Source of the DNA: Styela clava
Taxonomy: Eukaryota
Reading direction: 5' to 3'
Length of the DNA: 64,000 nucleotides
Assembly (NCBI RefSeq): GCF_964204865.1
Contig: NC_135255.1
Coordinates: 10,416,001 to 10,480,000, forward strand
In this document: positions 1-11,790 of the stretch, piece after piece
Numbering within the stretch: the stretch's first letter is position 1
Layout of the letters: the number at the start of each line of letters is the position of its first letter
Notes under the pieces: model-generated
What the model was told of the DNA's origin: nothing
Seen by the model: the letters and a program-made list of their open reading frames with translations, nothing else
Databases searched by the model: none
Position numbers and translations under genes: made by a program

Positions 1-17
1 ACATAGGATTGGATTGA

Positions 18-647
18 TTAGTATCGAAGACTTTCGGATTCAGCCCGAAACAACTTTCTTCCACCAGCTTGCAGTAACATAGTGAAATTGCTGTAAAACA
101 AAAAACAATTCTATGCAAATTATCTCCATGTAAAAACTACATTTAAAAAATCGAATCGTTTTGAAAATTGGTGATCGTTTTAAATGTGAAAATGCAGTCA
201 TTAGTGTTACTTTTGTATTTATTTACAAAACTCATATAGGTAAATGAATAATATTCTGTTTTTCTATCACAGAACAACGAATATTTACATTCTCTTTTCG
301 CTTTGCTTTTCCATCGGGTATTCCATTGTGACTTCATTATTGCTTTCATTCATGTTGTAGGTTACATAGAGTAATCCATCTGCAGAAGGCGAGGCAAATG
401 TCCAAATCGGCTCCTTTTGTGAAGATGTTCGATCTATTTTCCAAAAATGATTTTTAATTGAATCATTCTTGACTCTAATATGACCATGTTTTTTTACAAA
501 TTTATCTCGGATCCATTTGTTGTAGTTTTTGTCGCTAATCTCGAATCCTGATTGTTCCTCGCTTTCACTGCAGCCTTGATCATTTCCTTTGTTAGAAGTC
601 ACGGATTTGTTAGTTATCCTGCCTAATCTCTTGCTGAACCATTCCAT
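18..647 (-). pseudogene. Family A copy 1 (leaderless predicted beta-trefoil protein), exon 2 truncated
   Basis: Exon 1 647-289 (MEWFSKRLGR...EKQSEKR), phase-2 GT donor at 288, pyrimidine tract + AG acceptor at 92-91, exon 2 from 90 (I-NFTMLLQAGGRKLFRAES). It then diverges from copy 3 and stops at 20-18. Closely similar to 21816-23957. Confidence 0.7.
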
Positions 648-1076
648 GATTATTTTAAATTGACTACTTCAAACAGAAAATATCTACTTGAAAAAAAAAG
701 TAATACTTTTGTTAATACTTAATAATATTACCGTTCATGGAAATAACGACTGTATATATAAAATAGGTGAATTGAATTTGATTCAAAAATTACAGTTTTG
801 AAATTTTACTTTGAGAGTCTCTTATCCAATTATCCAACCGAGGAAAAAAATTCAATACATGTTCTAAAAATTCAAAACTCTTATCGTCAAGTGTTTACGA
901 AAAATGAAGTGAATGGGTATAATTGAGGTATATCTTAACTTCATGGAAAGTACCACCGACTATGCAATATAATAACGTGTTATATTACCTATTGTAAAAA
1001 TACCTTCAGTCATGCGTAAATAGAATGAACAAACGTTAGAATAAATTAGCGCTGTCATGGATAACTCTGGGATTGA

Positions 1077-1587
1077 TTATCGTTGTGGCAAAAACTTGCT
1101 GAGTACAATAATTACATTTACGAATGGCAAGAATGTAAAGTTTAAGTTTACAAATAACCTGATCTGTTCCGACACAAAAATACTGGTTACTTTGTTTGCT
1201 ATTGTATATAATATAGTCACTAACCAAAACAATTATAAATATCTTACGCCGCATTGCTGGAATCTCTAAACACTAATATTTAGTTATGTGACATCTGCCG
1301 GACGGAAATTGAAAAAATGTGGTTGGTACTGGGTGTGACAAACCAATTCTGTGTTGCCCTGGTTTCTACTTGTTGAACAGAATAGTTATTGGCAGGATCA
1401 GAAGATAACCATTTCTTGGATTCGGTACCATGTTTTATTTGTGCGCTATACAAAGACGGAAAACTGAAAAGAAACATAAGACTTTATCACATGAATCCAC
1501 CGATATTGATAAATGATTGTCCGAGTGGATCTACAAACTTATGATGCAAGGATGATGTGGCAAGACTATTCTAAGCTATTTAATCAT
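1077..1587 (-). pseudogene. Family B copy 1 (degenerate)
   Basis: ATG 1587 is followed by TAG at codon 4. The 216-nt exon 1463-1248 matches the 8697-8482 and 24188-24403 exons but has compensating +1/-1 indels enclosing a stop. Most of the last exon is deleted; a hydrophobic tail (LFVNLNFTFLPFVNVIIVLSKF) remains. Confidence 0.7.
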
Positions 1588-2283
1588 CTTGCTACAGACT
1601 AAATCAAATGTATTTGTGTCACATTTTGTCACTTTCCACAAATTAAATAAAATTTTTAAGTTGTAGAAATGTTCAGTCGCAGAAATTGAATGGCATTGAT
1701 ATTTCAATCGTTGACTATATTCTGCATGTGCTTGTTATTTATTTTTTGGACACTCATTTTTTATAAAAAAGTACAACAGAAAATATCATGTCCTTATGTG
1801 GGTCGCGCGCAATCAGGTAGTTTGTACCCCATAAAGATCCACAGCCACAGGTATGGCATCGGGTAACACGAAAAACAGAACCCATAATTTTTGTTAATTA
1901 CCTCTACTACGAAAATAAAAAAATAACTTTTCAAGGTTTTAAGAAAACTAGGACGCTTTGCACAAACGTTATGTTTTTTTTAGTTTATGTTCTAAATGAA
2001 ATTGGCGTAGAATACAAATTTGCATATGTTGCGTGGAACTGTGAAACACTTACTTACTTTTTGCTGAAGCGCACTTTTTGCTTGTATGACATGTTTACTG
2101 GGACACAGTACCTCTGTCGGAAGCCTTATGGCTAGCTTCTGATGGCTCTCGTATACAATCTCTAATAATTATTTATCACTATTAAGATATTTTAGTTATA
2201 TAATTCTGCAAAATTATACGATACTCACCGCCAATAATAGTAGTGCCATAAATAAATTACCCGATTTTTTCAAATATATATTA

Positions 2284-5132
2284 GGGGAGAGTGGGGCACG
2301 GTGGCCCATGGGGCACAGTGGTCCAATCCACTCACTAGCGACACCGGTGGTCGTACCGGGCACGTGACCAAACTGAAAAAAGTCACGGTCAAGCCTGTTC
2401 TCTAGGAAATTTATTTGCGCCGGTAGGTCGTATTGGAAAAAGTTAGGAGACTTTCGTTGTTTTTAGGTGGCCAAAGTAAAAATAAATTGCCGGAGTTTTT
2501 TCTTCTAAACTGCAGCCCGCATGACTTTTGTCGCCCATATTGGCATGCCAGGTAGGTGCCCCACAGTGGCTTATGACGGGGTATAAGATAGATCGGCACT
2601 CTAGCCTACTTGTCGTGAGAGGGTCAATTATCCCAAAATGGTGGGCTTGGGCACAGTGGGACATCAACCACGAGTACACACTGGGACGTGTCCCACTGAA
2701 CCCCTCCACAGCTCTGTAGGGTTTGAGGGACCTAGAGTAGCCTACCTTCTGTCCCCGCTCCTGCTTGCTAGTTGCAATGTTGGATTATCTTCCTATTTCA
2801 GAGCAATGCTAATTGATTTAAATAAACAACTAGCAAAATGCCACGTAAAAGTAAAAGAAAAACCTCCATAGGACAGATCGATCCATTGGTAATGAAGAGA
2901 GCAGCGGAGCAGGTGATTCATGAAGGCAAAAAACTGCGTACAACTGCAAGAGAAAATGCCATTCCCAAAACAACCCTATCAAGGTACGTCAAAAAACTGA
3001 AGTTTATGTCAGAAAGTTCTGTGTCCGACTCAGCGCCCTCAGATAGCCTCGAGTATTTTCGTCCTAACTACACGGTAAGAAGAATATTTTCGGATGAGGA
3101 AGAAGGTGAGCTTTCGAGTTATCTGCTACAGGCATCCAGACACCACTACGGGCTTCGAAAAGACGAGGTTCGAGAGCTAGCGTATAAAATGGCAGTTAAA
3201 AATGGAACAAACATTCCGCGGTCATGGGTTGAGAACAGTAGGGCAGGAAGCGACTGGCTGTACGGATTCATGCAGTGTCATTCTAGACTCTCTCTGCGCA
3301 AACCAGAAGCCACAAGTTTGTCGAGAGCTACCAGTTTCAACAGGAAAAATGTTGGCGAATTCTTTGATAACCTTGATTCCGTAATGAAGCGTAACAAGTT
3401 TGAGCCAAATTCCATATATAACATGGACGAAACCGGGTTAACTACCGTTCAAGTGCCGTCCAAGATCATTGCCGAAACAGGTATAAAGCAAGTGGGAAAG
3501 ATTACTTCGGCCGAAAGGGGACTTCTTGTGACAATGATAGGAGCAGTCAATGCACTAGGAAACTCCATACCTCCGTGCTTCATTTTTCCTAGAGTCAACT
3601 TCAGAGAACATATGCTGAGAGGTGCGCCACTTGGTGCAGCTGGGTTTGCAAACAAATCTGGTTGGATAAATTCAGAAATCTTTCTTTCATGGATGAAACA
3701 TTTCGTAAAACATGCAAACTGCACACCTTCAACTCCCGCACTATTATTAATGAACAACCACAAGAGTCACATCACGATTGATTCTCTCAATTACGCAAAG
3801 GAAAATGGTCTGGTTCTCCTCACATTTCCACCCCACTGTAGTCACAAACTACAGCCTCTGGACAGGTCAGTATACGGGCCGCTGAAACATTACTACAATA
3901 ACGCCGTTGGTGCGTGGCTAACTCTTCCAGAACATGCAGGCAAAACTCTTACGATATACGATATCGCCGGAGTTGCTAAAACAGCATACATTCGTGCGTT
4001 CACGCCTGAAAATATTCAGTCGGGATTTCGGGTGTCTGGAATATTTCCGTTTGATCGAGATATATTTGGCGACCATGAGTTCTTGTCTTCCTTTGTTACA
4101 GATCGCCCAGAACCAAAAGAAGATGATAGCGAAGAGTGTCAGGCTGCGCCAAGCAACGCCGATGTAAGCTCTTTGCCTGGGACCTCCGGCACTACTGCAC
4201 ATTTCTCACCAGAAGATGTCAGACCGTTCAACAAAGCCTGTCCGCGAAGAAAAAAGTGTGGGAGAAAGAGCTCAAAGACGCTTGTTCTCACGGATACGCC
4301 GGTGAAAGAGGCTTTAACAGCTAAATTGACTAACTCACAATCCAAAATCAAAAGCTCTAAGAAGAACCCCAAGCGAAAGAAGGCTGCGGCACCTGCTGAA
4401 ACGAGCAGTGATGAATCATCTGTCCCCTTGAATGACGATAGCGATCTGGAAAGTGAAGTTGATTCCCGTGTAGACGATAGTGTAGACCGGGTGGCAGCTG
4501 TGGGGGATTTTGCCATTATTAAATTCAGTAGAAGGCGTGGTGAAAACGCGTTGCATTACGTCGGTAAAATTCTTGACAAGGACGACGACGAGAAGGAATT
4601 TGAAGTTATATTTATGCAAAGAATCCCGTCGAAAGCAACAAATTCCGCTTTTGTTTTCCCCGAAGATGAAGAAAGCACATTCGGGCTGGATGAAGAAGAT
4701 GTAGTCTGTCGCCTTGAAGCTCCAGTTAAAGTTGGCGGCACGGCAAGAGCTTCCAGACACTACCGATTTAGTGAAGATCTCACACAATGGAATATCCAGT
4801 AGGTTTGAAGGACGAATAAGGGCTCGATATTTTAGCGAAATTTCTTTCCTGATGGTGTTTTGTTCTTTATAAATTATTTCCTTCACAGTGTCCCACTGTG
4901 ACCCAACCACCGTCCCACTGTATACCGACGTCGGGGCACAGTGGGACAAAATTTTTTTTTAAAAAAAACTGGCTCACAGGAAAAATATTCCCATTGAGCA
5001 AATTCTTTGGTAGGAAATAAAAAGTTCGTTTCTCTTACAATGTAGTCATATGCTTTAGAAGTTGAAATAGCGTAGTAAATAGTTCGAAAATCGCCAAAGA
5101 AAAAATGAGGGCCACTGTGCCCCACTCTCCCC
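2284..5132 (+). mobile_element. Full-length pogo-superfamily DNA transposon (Fot-like DD35D)
   Basis: 24-bp TIRs GGGGAGAGTGGGGCACGGTGGCCC (2284-2307) and 5109-5132 (1 mismatch); TA target duplication at 2282-2283 and 5133-5134; repeated subterminal GGCACAGTGG / GTCCCACTG motifs at both ends. Confidence 0.95.
2838..4802 (+). CDS. pogo/CENP-B-type DDE_1 transposase, 654 aa
   Basis: N-terminal Psq-like HTH (IPKTTLSRY), CENP-B HTH (AGSDWLYGF), SRATSFN, YNMDETG, LLLM(N)NH and LQPLD with 35 residues between the last two catalytic positions; basic/acidic C-terminal region. Confidence 0.93.
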   Translation: MPRKSKRKTSIGQIDPLVMKRAAEQVIHEGKKLRTTARENAIPKTTLSRYVKKLKFMSESSVSDSAPSDSLEYFRPNYTVRRIFSDEEEGELSSYLLQASRHHYGLRKDEVRELAYKMAVKNGTNIPRSWVENSRAGSDWLYGFMQCHSRLSLRKPEATSLSRATSFNRKNVGEFFDNLDSVMKRNKFEPNSIYNMDETGLTTVQVPSKIIAETGIKQVGKITSAERGLLVTMIGAVNALGNSIPPCFIFPRVNFREHMLRGAPLGAAGFANKSGWINSEIFLSWMKHFVKHANCTPSTPALLLMNNHKSHITIDSLNYAKENGLVLLTFPPHCSHKLQPLDRSVYGPLKHYYNNAVGAWLTLPEHAGKTLTIYDIAGVAKTAYIRAFTPENIQSGFRVSGIFPFDRDIFGDHEFLSSFVTDRPEPKEDDSEECQAAPSNADVSSLPGTSGTTAHFSPEDVRPFNKACPRRKKCGRKSSKTLVLTDTPVKEALTAKLTNSQSKIKSSKKNPKRKKAAAPAETSSDESSVPLNDDSDLESEVDSRVDDSVDRVAAVGDFAIIKFSRRRGENALHYVGKILDKDDDEKEFEVIFMQRIPSKATNSAFVFPEDEESTFGLDEEDVVCRLEAPVKVGGTARASRHYRFSEDLTQWNIQ

Positions 5133-5459
5133 TACAAACTTTGGGTGTCGTTTCTCGATAACATGATAAGGTACCAAGGCCCAACAACCATCATGTGGGT
5201 GACAGCCTAGCTAGCCTCGACTAAGATTTCGTTGAGAATTTTAAATTTAACCAGGTACTGAACTTGTTGGGGGACATGTAATATGAAAATTAAAACGAAT
5301 GCAAACGTACCGGTGCCCGTGGCAGTTCAAAGACTGAACAACGCAATGAAAATGATGTCGCAATGAAACAAGAGAGCTACGCCCAAATATATGGATACGT
5401 CTGTTCGCAATACAATACGGTTTACCGTACCGTCAGATCACAGTCTACAAATATATTCA

Positions 5460-5765
5460 CACCAAGCGAAGCAGTTCAGTAGGACACAAAATGGCGTCCG
5501 ATGTCCGCAGAACGTTCAATGACGTCATAGCAACAAAAACAAATCTCACAGAGCTAACAGAAATATTTAAAATGAATAAAAGTAATAGCCTTCTGGAGAA
5601 AAATTTCATCTTTAACCACTACAAATTTCAAAGCAATTGGTCCAGTGATCAAAGAGAAAAGCGGTTTTTTAATATTTCCACTAGATGTCCAAAAAGTGTC
5701 AAAGAAGAACAAGAACAACATAACAACAAAACGATCGTTATGTCCACTAAACGTGTCCAATAACC
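5460..5765. repeat. Probable short non-autonomous interspersed element
   Basis: GGACAC ... GTGTCC subterminal inverted motif and an (AAC/AAG)-rich microsatellite near the 3' end; no second copy in the window. Confidence 0.3.
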
Positions 5766-8170
5766 AGATACGCAACAATGAACAGATCGGAATAGTTGCC
5801 GGTGCTATAGTTGAAATGAAAATAATCTATGATGTTTGACAGATTACAAAAACCATTTGGCAAAAAACTTTATATTTGTGTAGAACTGCTTTTGGTTGAT
5901 ACCTATTTGTTTTTTCGTCTCGCGGAACACCAAGATACAAGATGGTGGAACTGATAATGAAAAAAGGTGTAATGTATTCACTTTCTGCATCAACTTGCAA
6001 AACCGGGTTTTTACAGAGTCTTTCGAGGCTTACAGTTTTAAGTTAACAATCCATTAAGAAGGGTGGTTTCCAAAAATTTAGTCTAAATTTGACAATTAAA
6101 CATTAGACCGTCCGTCAATGATATTGAACCGTTAACGAAAAGGCCATGCTCTACAAACTGACACGGGGTCTCTCAGCCTGTTTAGATAGCAAGGCCTGCC
6201 TGCCTGTTTGTCGCCAGTTTGGAGACGACTCAGAGTGCAATGGCGACCTATTCCTGTCCCGCGGAACACTCCGAAGAAACTCGAGTAACAGCAGTGTTTC
6301 ACCGAACGCAGTTTGAGAAACACAGTAGAAACTCTATAAATATAACTTGTAAATGCCCTAATCCGTTCCAAGCTGCCACAAAACTCGGACATAATGTTTG
6401 TATTCATTGTAATAATGATTAAAACCCATAAAAAATACATGTTGAAATTAGATTACTGCATATAGTGAATAGAAAAGGTACACATGGGAAGAAAAAATCA
6501 TATGAACAACGAATAAAAACTACTTACGGTATATTTGTTTTCATTCGGCGTTGGCCAACTAGGCTAAGCGGAGATGGTGGATAGTGGGAGGACGGCGGTC
6601 GCAGAAAGTGAGAGGAGGCGTTTGGCAGCTAAAAGAGAATGCAATGTACGAAAATGAGCACACGCACGTGAAATTCAAAATTAGAATTTACTTTATTACT
6701 TCCTCACTTTATTTTGCTTTTAATTCTTTTTATTTTTTTTTCATTTCAATATCTTTTGTTTCAACTATTACGCGTCTCCTCACTGGATTTCGGGCTTTCA
6801 TTTTTAAATTTGCTCACGAAACCTTTTCACGATTCAGAAAACGCAAATGTTATTGCGCGATCATCGTCATAATCAAACGAGTGAACTCGATTAATGTTGG
6901 AGGATTTAGAAAGGAAATCGTGTTTTAATTTTCGAGTCGGCGCGGATTTTAATATTTCATGTCGGCAGTTATGATTTTATTTTTGGTTATAAATTAATAC
7001 CGTCAACTTAAACTGAACGATATTGTCATAAAAGACGCCGGTATAACGATAAAATCCGCGATAGATACTAAATAATATTTAGGAGCAATTTTATACGCTC
7101 CAAATAAAATATTTTCATTCAAAAACATCCTTACGTTGTTATAAACACTTTCAGTCGGAGCCAATTGAAATCCTTTCATGTCGACTGTAATTTATTGTCC
7201 CGTCGCACACGGCTGCCTTTGATTGCGATAAAAAATGAAATAATTGTACAATGTTTTAAATCAAAACGTGGACCGCGGCACTAGGATATGTGCGCCATAT
7301 TCGGTATTCGTATAAACACAAAAAACGATATTCGAAGGTCGAACTATTCGAAAATTCAATTCAGACTGGACATCTCTGCATCGAGCACTACAATAAATTA
7401 ACCTAAATTAAAGAAATATCACTACACACGTTTTTTGTTTTCGGTTTTCAGCCTTTCGTATGTAGCAAATCTTAAGTTGGTCGAAGCAATATTTTTACGA
7501 AAAGAATTTTTGTAAGCATACATTATTTTTAAGGTTGAAGGGATTGAGATTTTCAAAGTTATACAAATTCATTTATTCGACTTCATTCCAATTTTTAATC
7601 TTAAATCGGTAAAAATATGAAATTATTACCCTGAATGAAAAAATATGAGATCTATAAAGTTTAACTGACATTATTATAGAACAAGCCTTTACAATTTAAA
7701 ACGATATAAAATGAATAATAGTTTAAAATTGATTGTCGAGGTTGGGGCCCCTAGGCTGTAGCCTATCTTGAATAATGGTTTATCCGGCCCTTGTTCGATT
7801 CCCATGAGGAAAGTGACAATGTGAGGGATTGTTGGACTTCTTGTTAATGTCTTGTCGGTTGCATCTTCCTCCGCCAACCACGATTGCGGACGCATTGCAC
7901 TGAGGCTTGAGAAGGCGTGTATTGGCAAGTTATCGATATGTGTGGCATTTCGAGAGGTTTATTGCGAATAAGAAGCAATTGGCAATATTTTATATCCATT
8001 TTTCTCGTTTTAGTTAACCTATTTGATACAAAAATATGAAATAATACAGCTATTTTAAACAAAACAGGCAAAAAAACTTGATCTAAAACAATTATTTTAA
8101 AACAATTCTTTTTTAATTAATTCCTATAACTTTAAGCATCAATTCCTATTCATGTACTCTAGATTAGAGT

Positions 8171-8822
8171 CTACACTTTCTCGCCGTGATAAGGAATTCC
8201 GGAAAGCCATATTATATTGGTTGTTCCAACAACATTAAATGCAGCGTCTGTTACAGGAAACTCCCAAACAGTAGCTCCAGATTTCGCTGTATTCAACTCC
8301 AAATCCCCGTCATGTTCAGGACCATGAATGTATTTGCTGTTGTCAGTGCATTGGATTGTAACTCCTGATCCAGATTGGTTATATATGAATTTTCTGTTTC
8401 GACACAAAAATACTGGTGACTTCGTGTACTATTATATATATATAATATAGTCACTAACCACAACAATTATAAATATCTTACGCCGCATTGCTGGAATCTC
8501 CAAAAACTAGATCTTTAGTGATGTGACACCTGCCGGACGAAAATTGAAGAATGTGGCCGGTACTGGGTGTGATTTTCCAATTCTGTGTCGCACTGGTTTG
8601 TACTTGTTGGACAGGATATTTATCGACAGGACCAGAAGATAACCATTTCTTGGATTCGGTACCATGATTTATTTGTGCGCTATACAATGACGGGAAACTG
8701 AAAAAGAAACATAATATTTTATCACAAGAATCCACCGATATTGATAAATGATTGTCTAAGTGGATCTGCAAACGTATAATGCAGGGGTGAGGTAGCAATA
8801 CTATTCTGAGCGATTTAATCAT
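8171..8822 (-). CDS. Family B copy 2: predicted beta-trefoil (fascin/ricin-B-like) protein with hydrophobic C-terminus
   Basis: ATG 8822 (MIKSLRIVLL...) is open to a phase-2 donor GC|GTAAG at 8481. Acceptor at 8395-8394; the last exon 8393-8171 is in frame (A-KFIYNQSGSGVTIQCTDNSKYIHGPEHDGDLELNTAKSGATVWEFP...). An extra acceptor at 8699-8698 suggests a further, possibly retained, intron. Confidence 0.6.
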
Positions 8823-9129
8823 CTTGCTACAGACTGCCAACAGCCACTGCCCATAGTTAAAAATTTATTGCTAAAAATGATTACTAAAAATGCGCGGAGG
8901 CCAACAGTTTGCCTCTGACTTCAACGATGTAGAGCAGGGTTTCGCAATTTGTTTTTTCGTCTTGACAATTGAAAATTGTTGTTGTTGTTGTTATATGTTT
9001 TATGGTGCTTACAACTTCAGTGGTCTTTTGCACCTTTGATCAATTCAAATTCAAAAATACTAAAATAACATATAATACAATATTTACGAATATATAATGA
9101 TACAATTGAATCAATTACAATAAGTAATT

Positions 9130-10097
9130 ATTTCTAAACATTTCTGCCCGTAAACAAAACAAATTCGATAACAGTGTCAATAATGTCCATGTTACTAAGC
9201 ACTTCGTCCAAAGTCATTTCCAATTTAAGTTTTCTGGCTTTGCTAATGACTTCCGTATTCCATTTTATTTTGTATCAAAATATGATTTTGCTTCTGAGAC
9301 GGAAAGTGGCAGGATTGCATCAAGGGCCGACGGTCGATGATATTGAACGGTCATCGAGAAGGCCGTGCTGGATTTATAAAATAACAAAAAAAAAAATCAC
9401 TACCTTGCTATAGCAATAACTCGAAATATGGCTAATTGATTCACAAATGTTGACAAATTTACTAATCGATTCCTGTTTTATTTTGGAAATATGTGACTTC
9501 ATTAACACATTTTACTTGGTGTTTATGTAGTATACTCGAAACAACAGCACTCATTTGGCTTGTGACTAAGTGATCAAACAGTGTAGTCGCTCGCCTAGCT
9601 TTGGGCATTGGAATAAAATTGTTGAGACTCGTACTTGACTCAAGATTTAAACCTTGGGATCGAAAATTGGTGGGCATCGGACGGGCGTACCTTCAGGTGA
9701 ATTAAGAATTTAATATACTGAAAAGATGGCTTTTATATTGGAAAGCAAGTATACCTTGCTTTTATGACTTCGCTCTTTACCATTTTTTTCATTTTGACTG
9801 TATTATCAGTTACGTCCAAACTGTAGATTACGTAGAGTAGTTGTCCATCTGCAGAAGGCAAGCCAAATTTCCAACTTGGCTCGTCTAGGGTAGTTGTTCT
9901 TTCTATTTTCCAAAAATGGTTCTTGGTTGAATCATGTTTTACGCTAATGGGATCATTTTCTTTCACAAATTCATCTTTAATCCATTTGTTGCCGCTTCTG
10001 TCTCATTTCCTGATTCGTTGTCGCTGGCGCGTTGCTCGACTTTACTTTTAGGAGCCACAGCTTCATTTTTCTTACCGCAACATCCGAAAAGACACAT
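9130..10097 (-). pseudogene. Family A copy 2 (divergent, frameshifted)
   Basis: ATG 10097 MCLFGCCGKKNEAV..., frameshift near 9995, then NKWIKDEFVKENDPISVKHDSTKNHFWKIERT...PSADGQLLYV. Phase-2 donor AG|GTATAC at 9754, the same phase as the other A copies. Acceptor at 9369-9368 with a degenerate exon 2 (TAFSMTVQ...YLIQN). Confidence 0.6.
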
Positions 10098-10200
10098 CGT
10101 TTATTATATTTATTGCGCTGAGGAAAGAATAACTATCAATCAACACAATGTTAAATTGACGTATTATGTTATCAATAATCGGTATTGCCAGAAGTTAAAC

Positions 10201-10512
10201 CAGGGATGAGAAAGGTTTTTAGATCAGGGGCCAAAAATTTGGTCAATCTGGACTGGCGGGCCAAGTAAGTGTGACGTAAAAAGTTACATTTTATGAACAA
10301 AATTTACATTGTTACAAAAGCAAAAAATGGGAAACAATAAACCTCTTGCCAAGACTAAATTTAATCGCAATCTCAACAAATCACTTCAGCTATTTTTTTT
10401 TAGCCAAAACATGAAAAATTTGGTTCTAGTTTTGTTGCGGCAGCATTAGGCGAGCAGATTGAATTACTCAACGGGCCGGATTTGTCTCGCGTGCCGTAGT
10501 TTTCCCATGTCA
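10201..10512. mobile_element. Degenerate hAT-type MITE
   Basis: CAGGGATGAGAAA ... TTTTCCCATGTCAG ends and GGGCC subterminal motifs; the target duplication is imperfect. Confidence 0.4.
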
Positions 10513-11094
10513 GAGGTCAACAATACTTAAAAAACTAAAAGTGCCGGACGACACAAAAGAGCAACAGTTAGTGAGACGCAAACAATTCTACAACGCGTGT
10601 GCCAGTAATTATTCCAACAATACAAAATCATTCCGAATAATACGTATACGGGGGTGTATTAATATCGCGCCCAAAATTAATAAGTAAATCGAAATATGAC
10701 TTCGAAAATCCCTACTCTCTCGTAATAGTCGTTTTTGCATTTTTACAATCTAGAAAAATACTTTTTGCAATATTAGGTTTTGTATATGAATACTGAGTGT
10801 AATTTCACGAGAATGTGGTTTGTAGTATAATATATACACAGTACCAGCTTAAAAACATTTTTGCAAAAATCACTATTGGTAAAACATCTGGTGCTAAATT
10901 CACAAAACTTTTTCGCCCACCTCGAAGCTTTCTGTAATATCATTCAACCTCATCACAATTTTGAACCTACGTGAATCAATGATCATTGTCTTCATCTTAA
11001 CTATTTTATATATAAGAAGTATATATATTTTCCTTACCAACAATTCGTCGTTTTTATAAACTTTTGTTAATACGAAGTCCATGGACGACAAACA

Positions 11095-11790
11095 GTGGCC
11101 GTGTGCCACATTGTGCTAAGCGTTAGGAAGACGCTCGCCATCGCACACCTGATTACCCTGCGCGGTACCCAGTTTCGAATCCCGCGGGAGTAGGGGCGGA
11201 CACTTTCCATAATTCTTTTTTTTTTGGGGGGGGGGGGGCAAACTAGGATATCCTACCGAAAAACACCGCGCCAAAGTCGGAACTTCCCATTGCCGTCTGC
11301 AACAAGCACCGCGATTACGCGTTCGTTAAAAGAGCCGCCTATTTAAGCGTATAATGATTTTTCTGTCGCGTAAAATATTCAATCCATGACAGCCACGAGA
11401 TTCTAAAATGTCCTTATAAATTAATTTAATTGTGTGCAACGTAACTCGCGGTTGCGACTTCTTGCGTCAAAATAAAAATATTACTAAACTAAAGTACCAT
11501 GGCGATTATTATTATTATTATTATTTGGGGGTCAGGGGGCGACCGCCCCCCTTCGCCCAAACCCCCGGGTGTCCGCCCCTGCGTGGGAGATGATTATGTG
11601 CAAGGGGGTTCGACTCCTCGCCGTATGGTGGTTCACGTAATCTCTCGTAGGTTACGGCTTCCTCTATCACCAATTCCGTGCATCTGACAAATGACCTGCT
11701 AGCTAATTCCATACCCAACATGGAATGATAACCGAAAGAAAGGCTATTCCCTTTGCTCTCAACCGAGATAGATATGTAACTCTTATCCTT
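11095..11790 (+). mobile_element. tRNA-derived SINE (interrupted by a MITE)
   Basis: Pol III A-box-like and B-box (GTTTCGAATCC) head, shared core GGTTACGGCTTCC and (ATCCT) tail; related copies at 16626, 20415 and 27460. Confidence 0.75.
11191..11581. mobile_element. hAT-type MITE inserted in the SINE
   Basis: TIRs TAGGGGCGGACAC / GTGTCCGCCCCTG; 8-bp TSD CGCGGGAG / CGTGGGAG; absent from the duplicate arm at ~16805. Confidence 0.85.

Noticed and set aside
3202-4949. Short and antisense ORFs overlapping the transposase (likewise over RABGAP1 and pol)
   Set aside because: Shadow ORFs of long coding sequences with no recognisable motifs.
11095-11190. tRNA gene (A/B boxes, TTCGAATCC)
   Set aside because: No cloverleaf, and it continues into a body shared by four dispersed copies; it is a SINE head.
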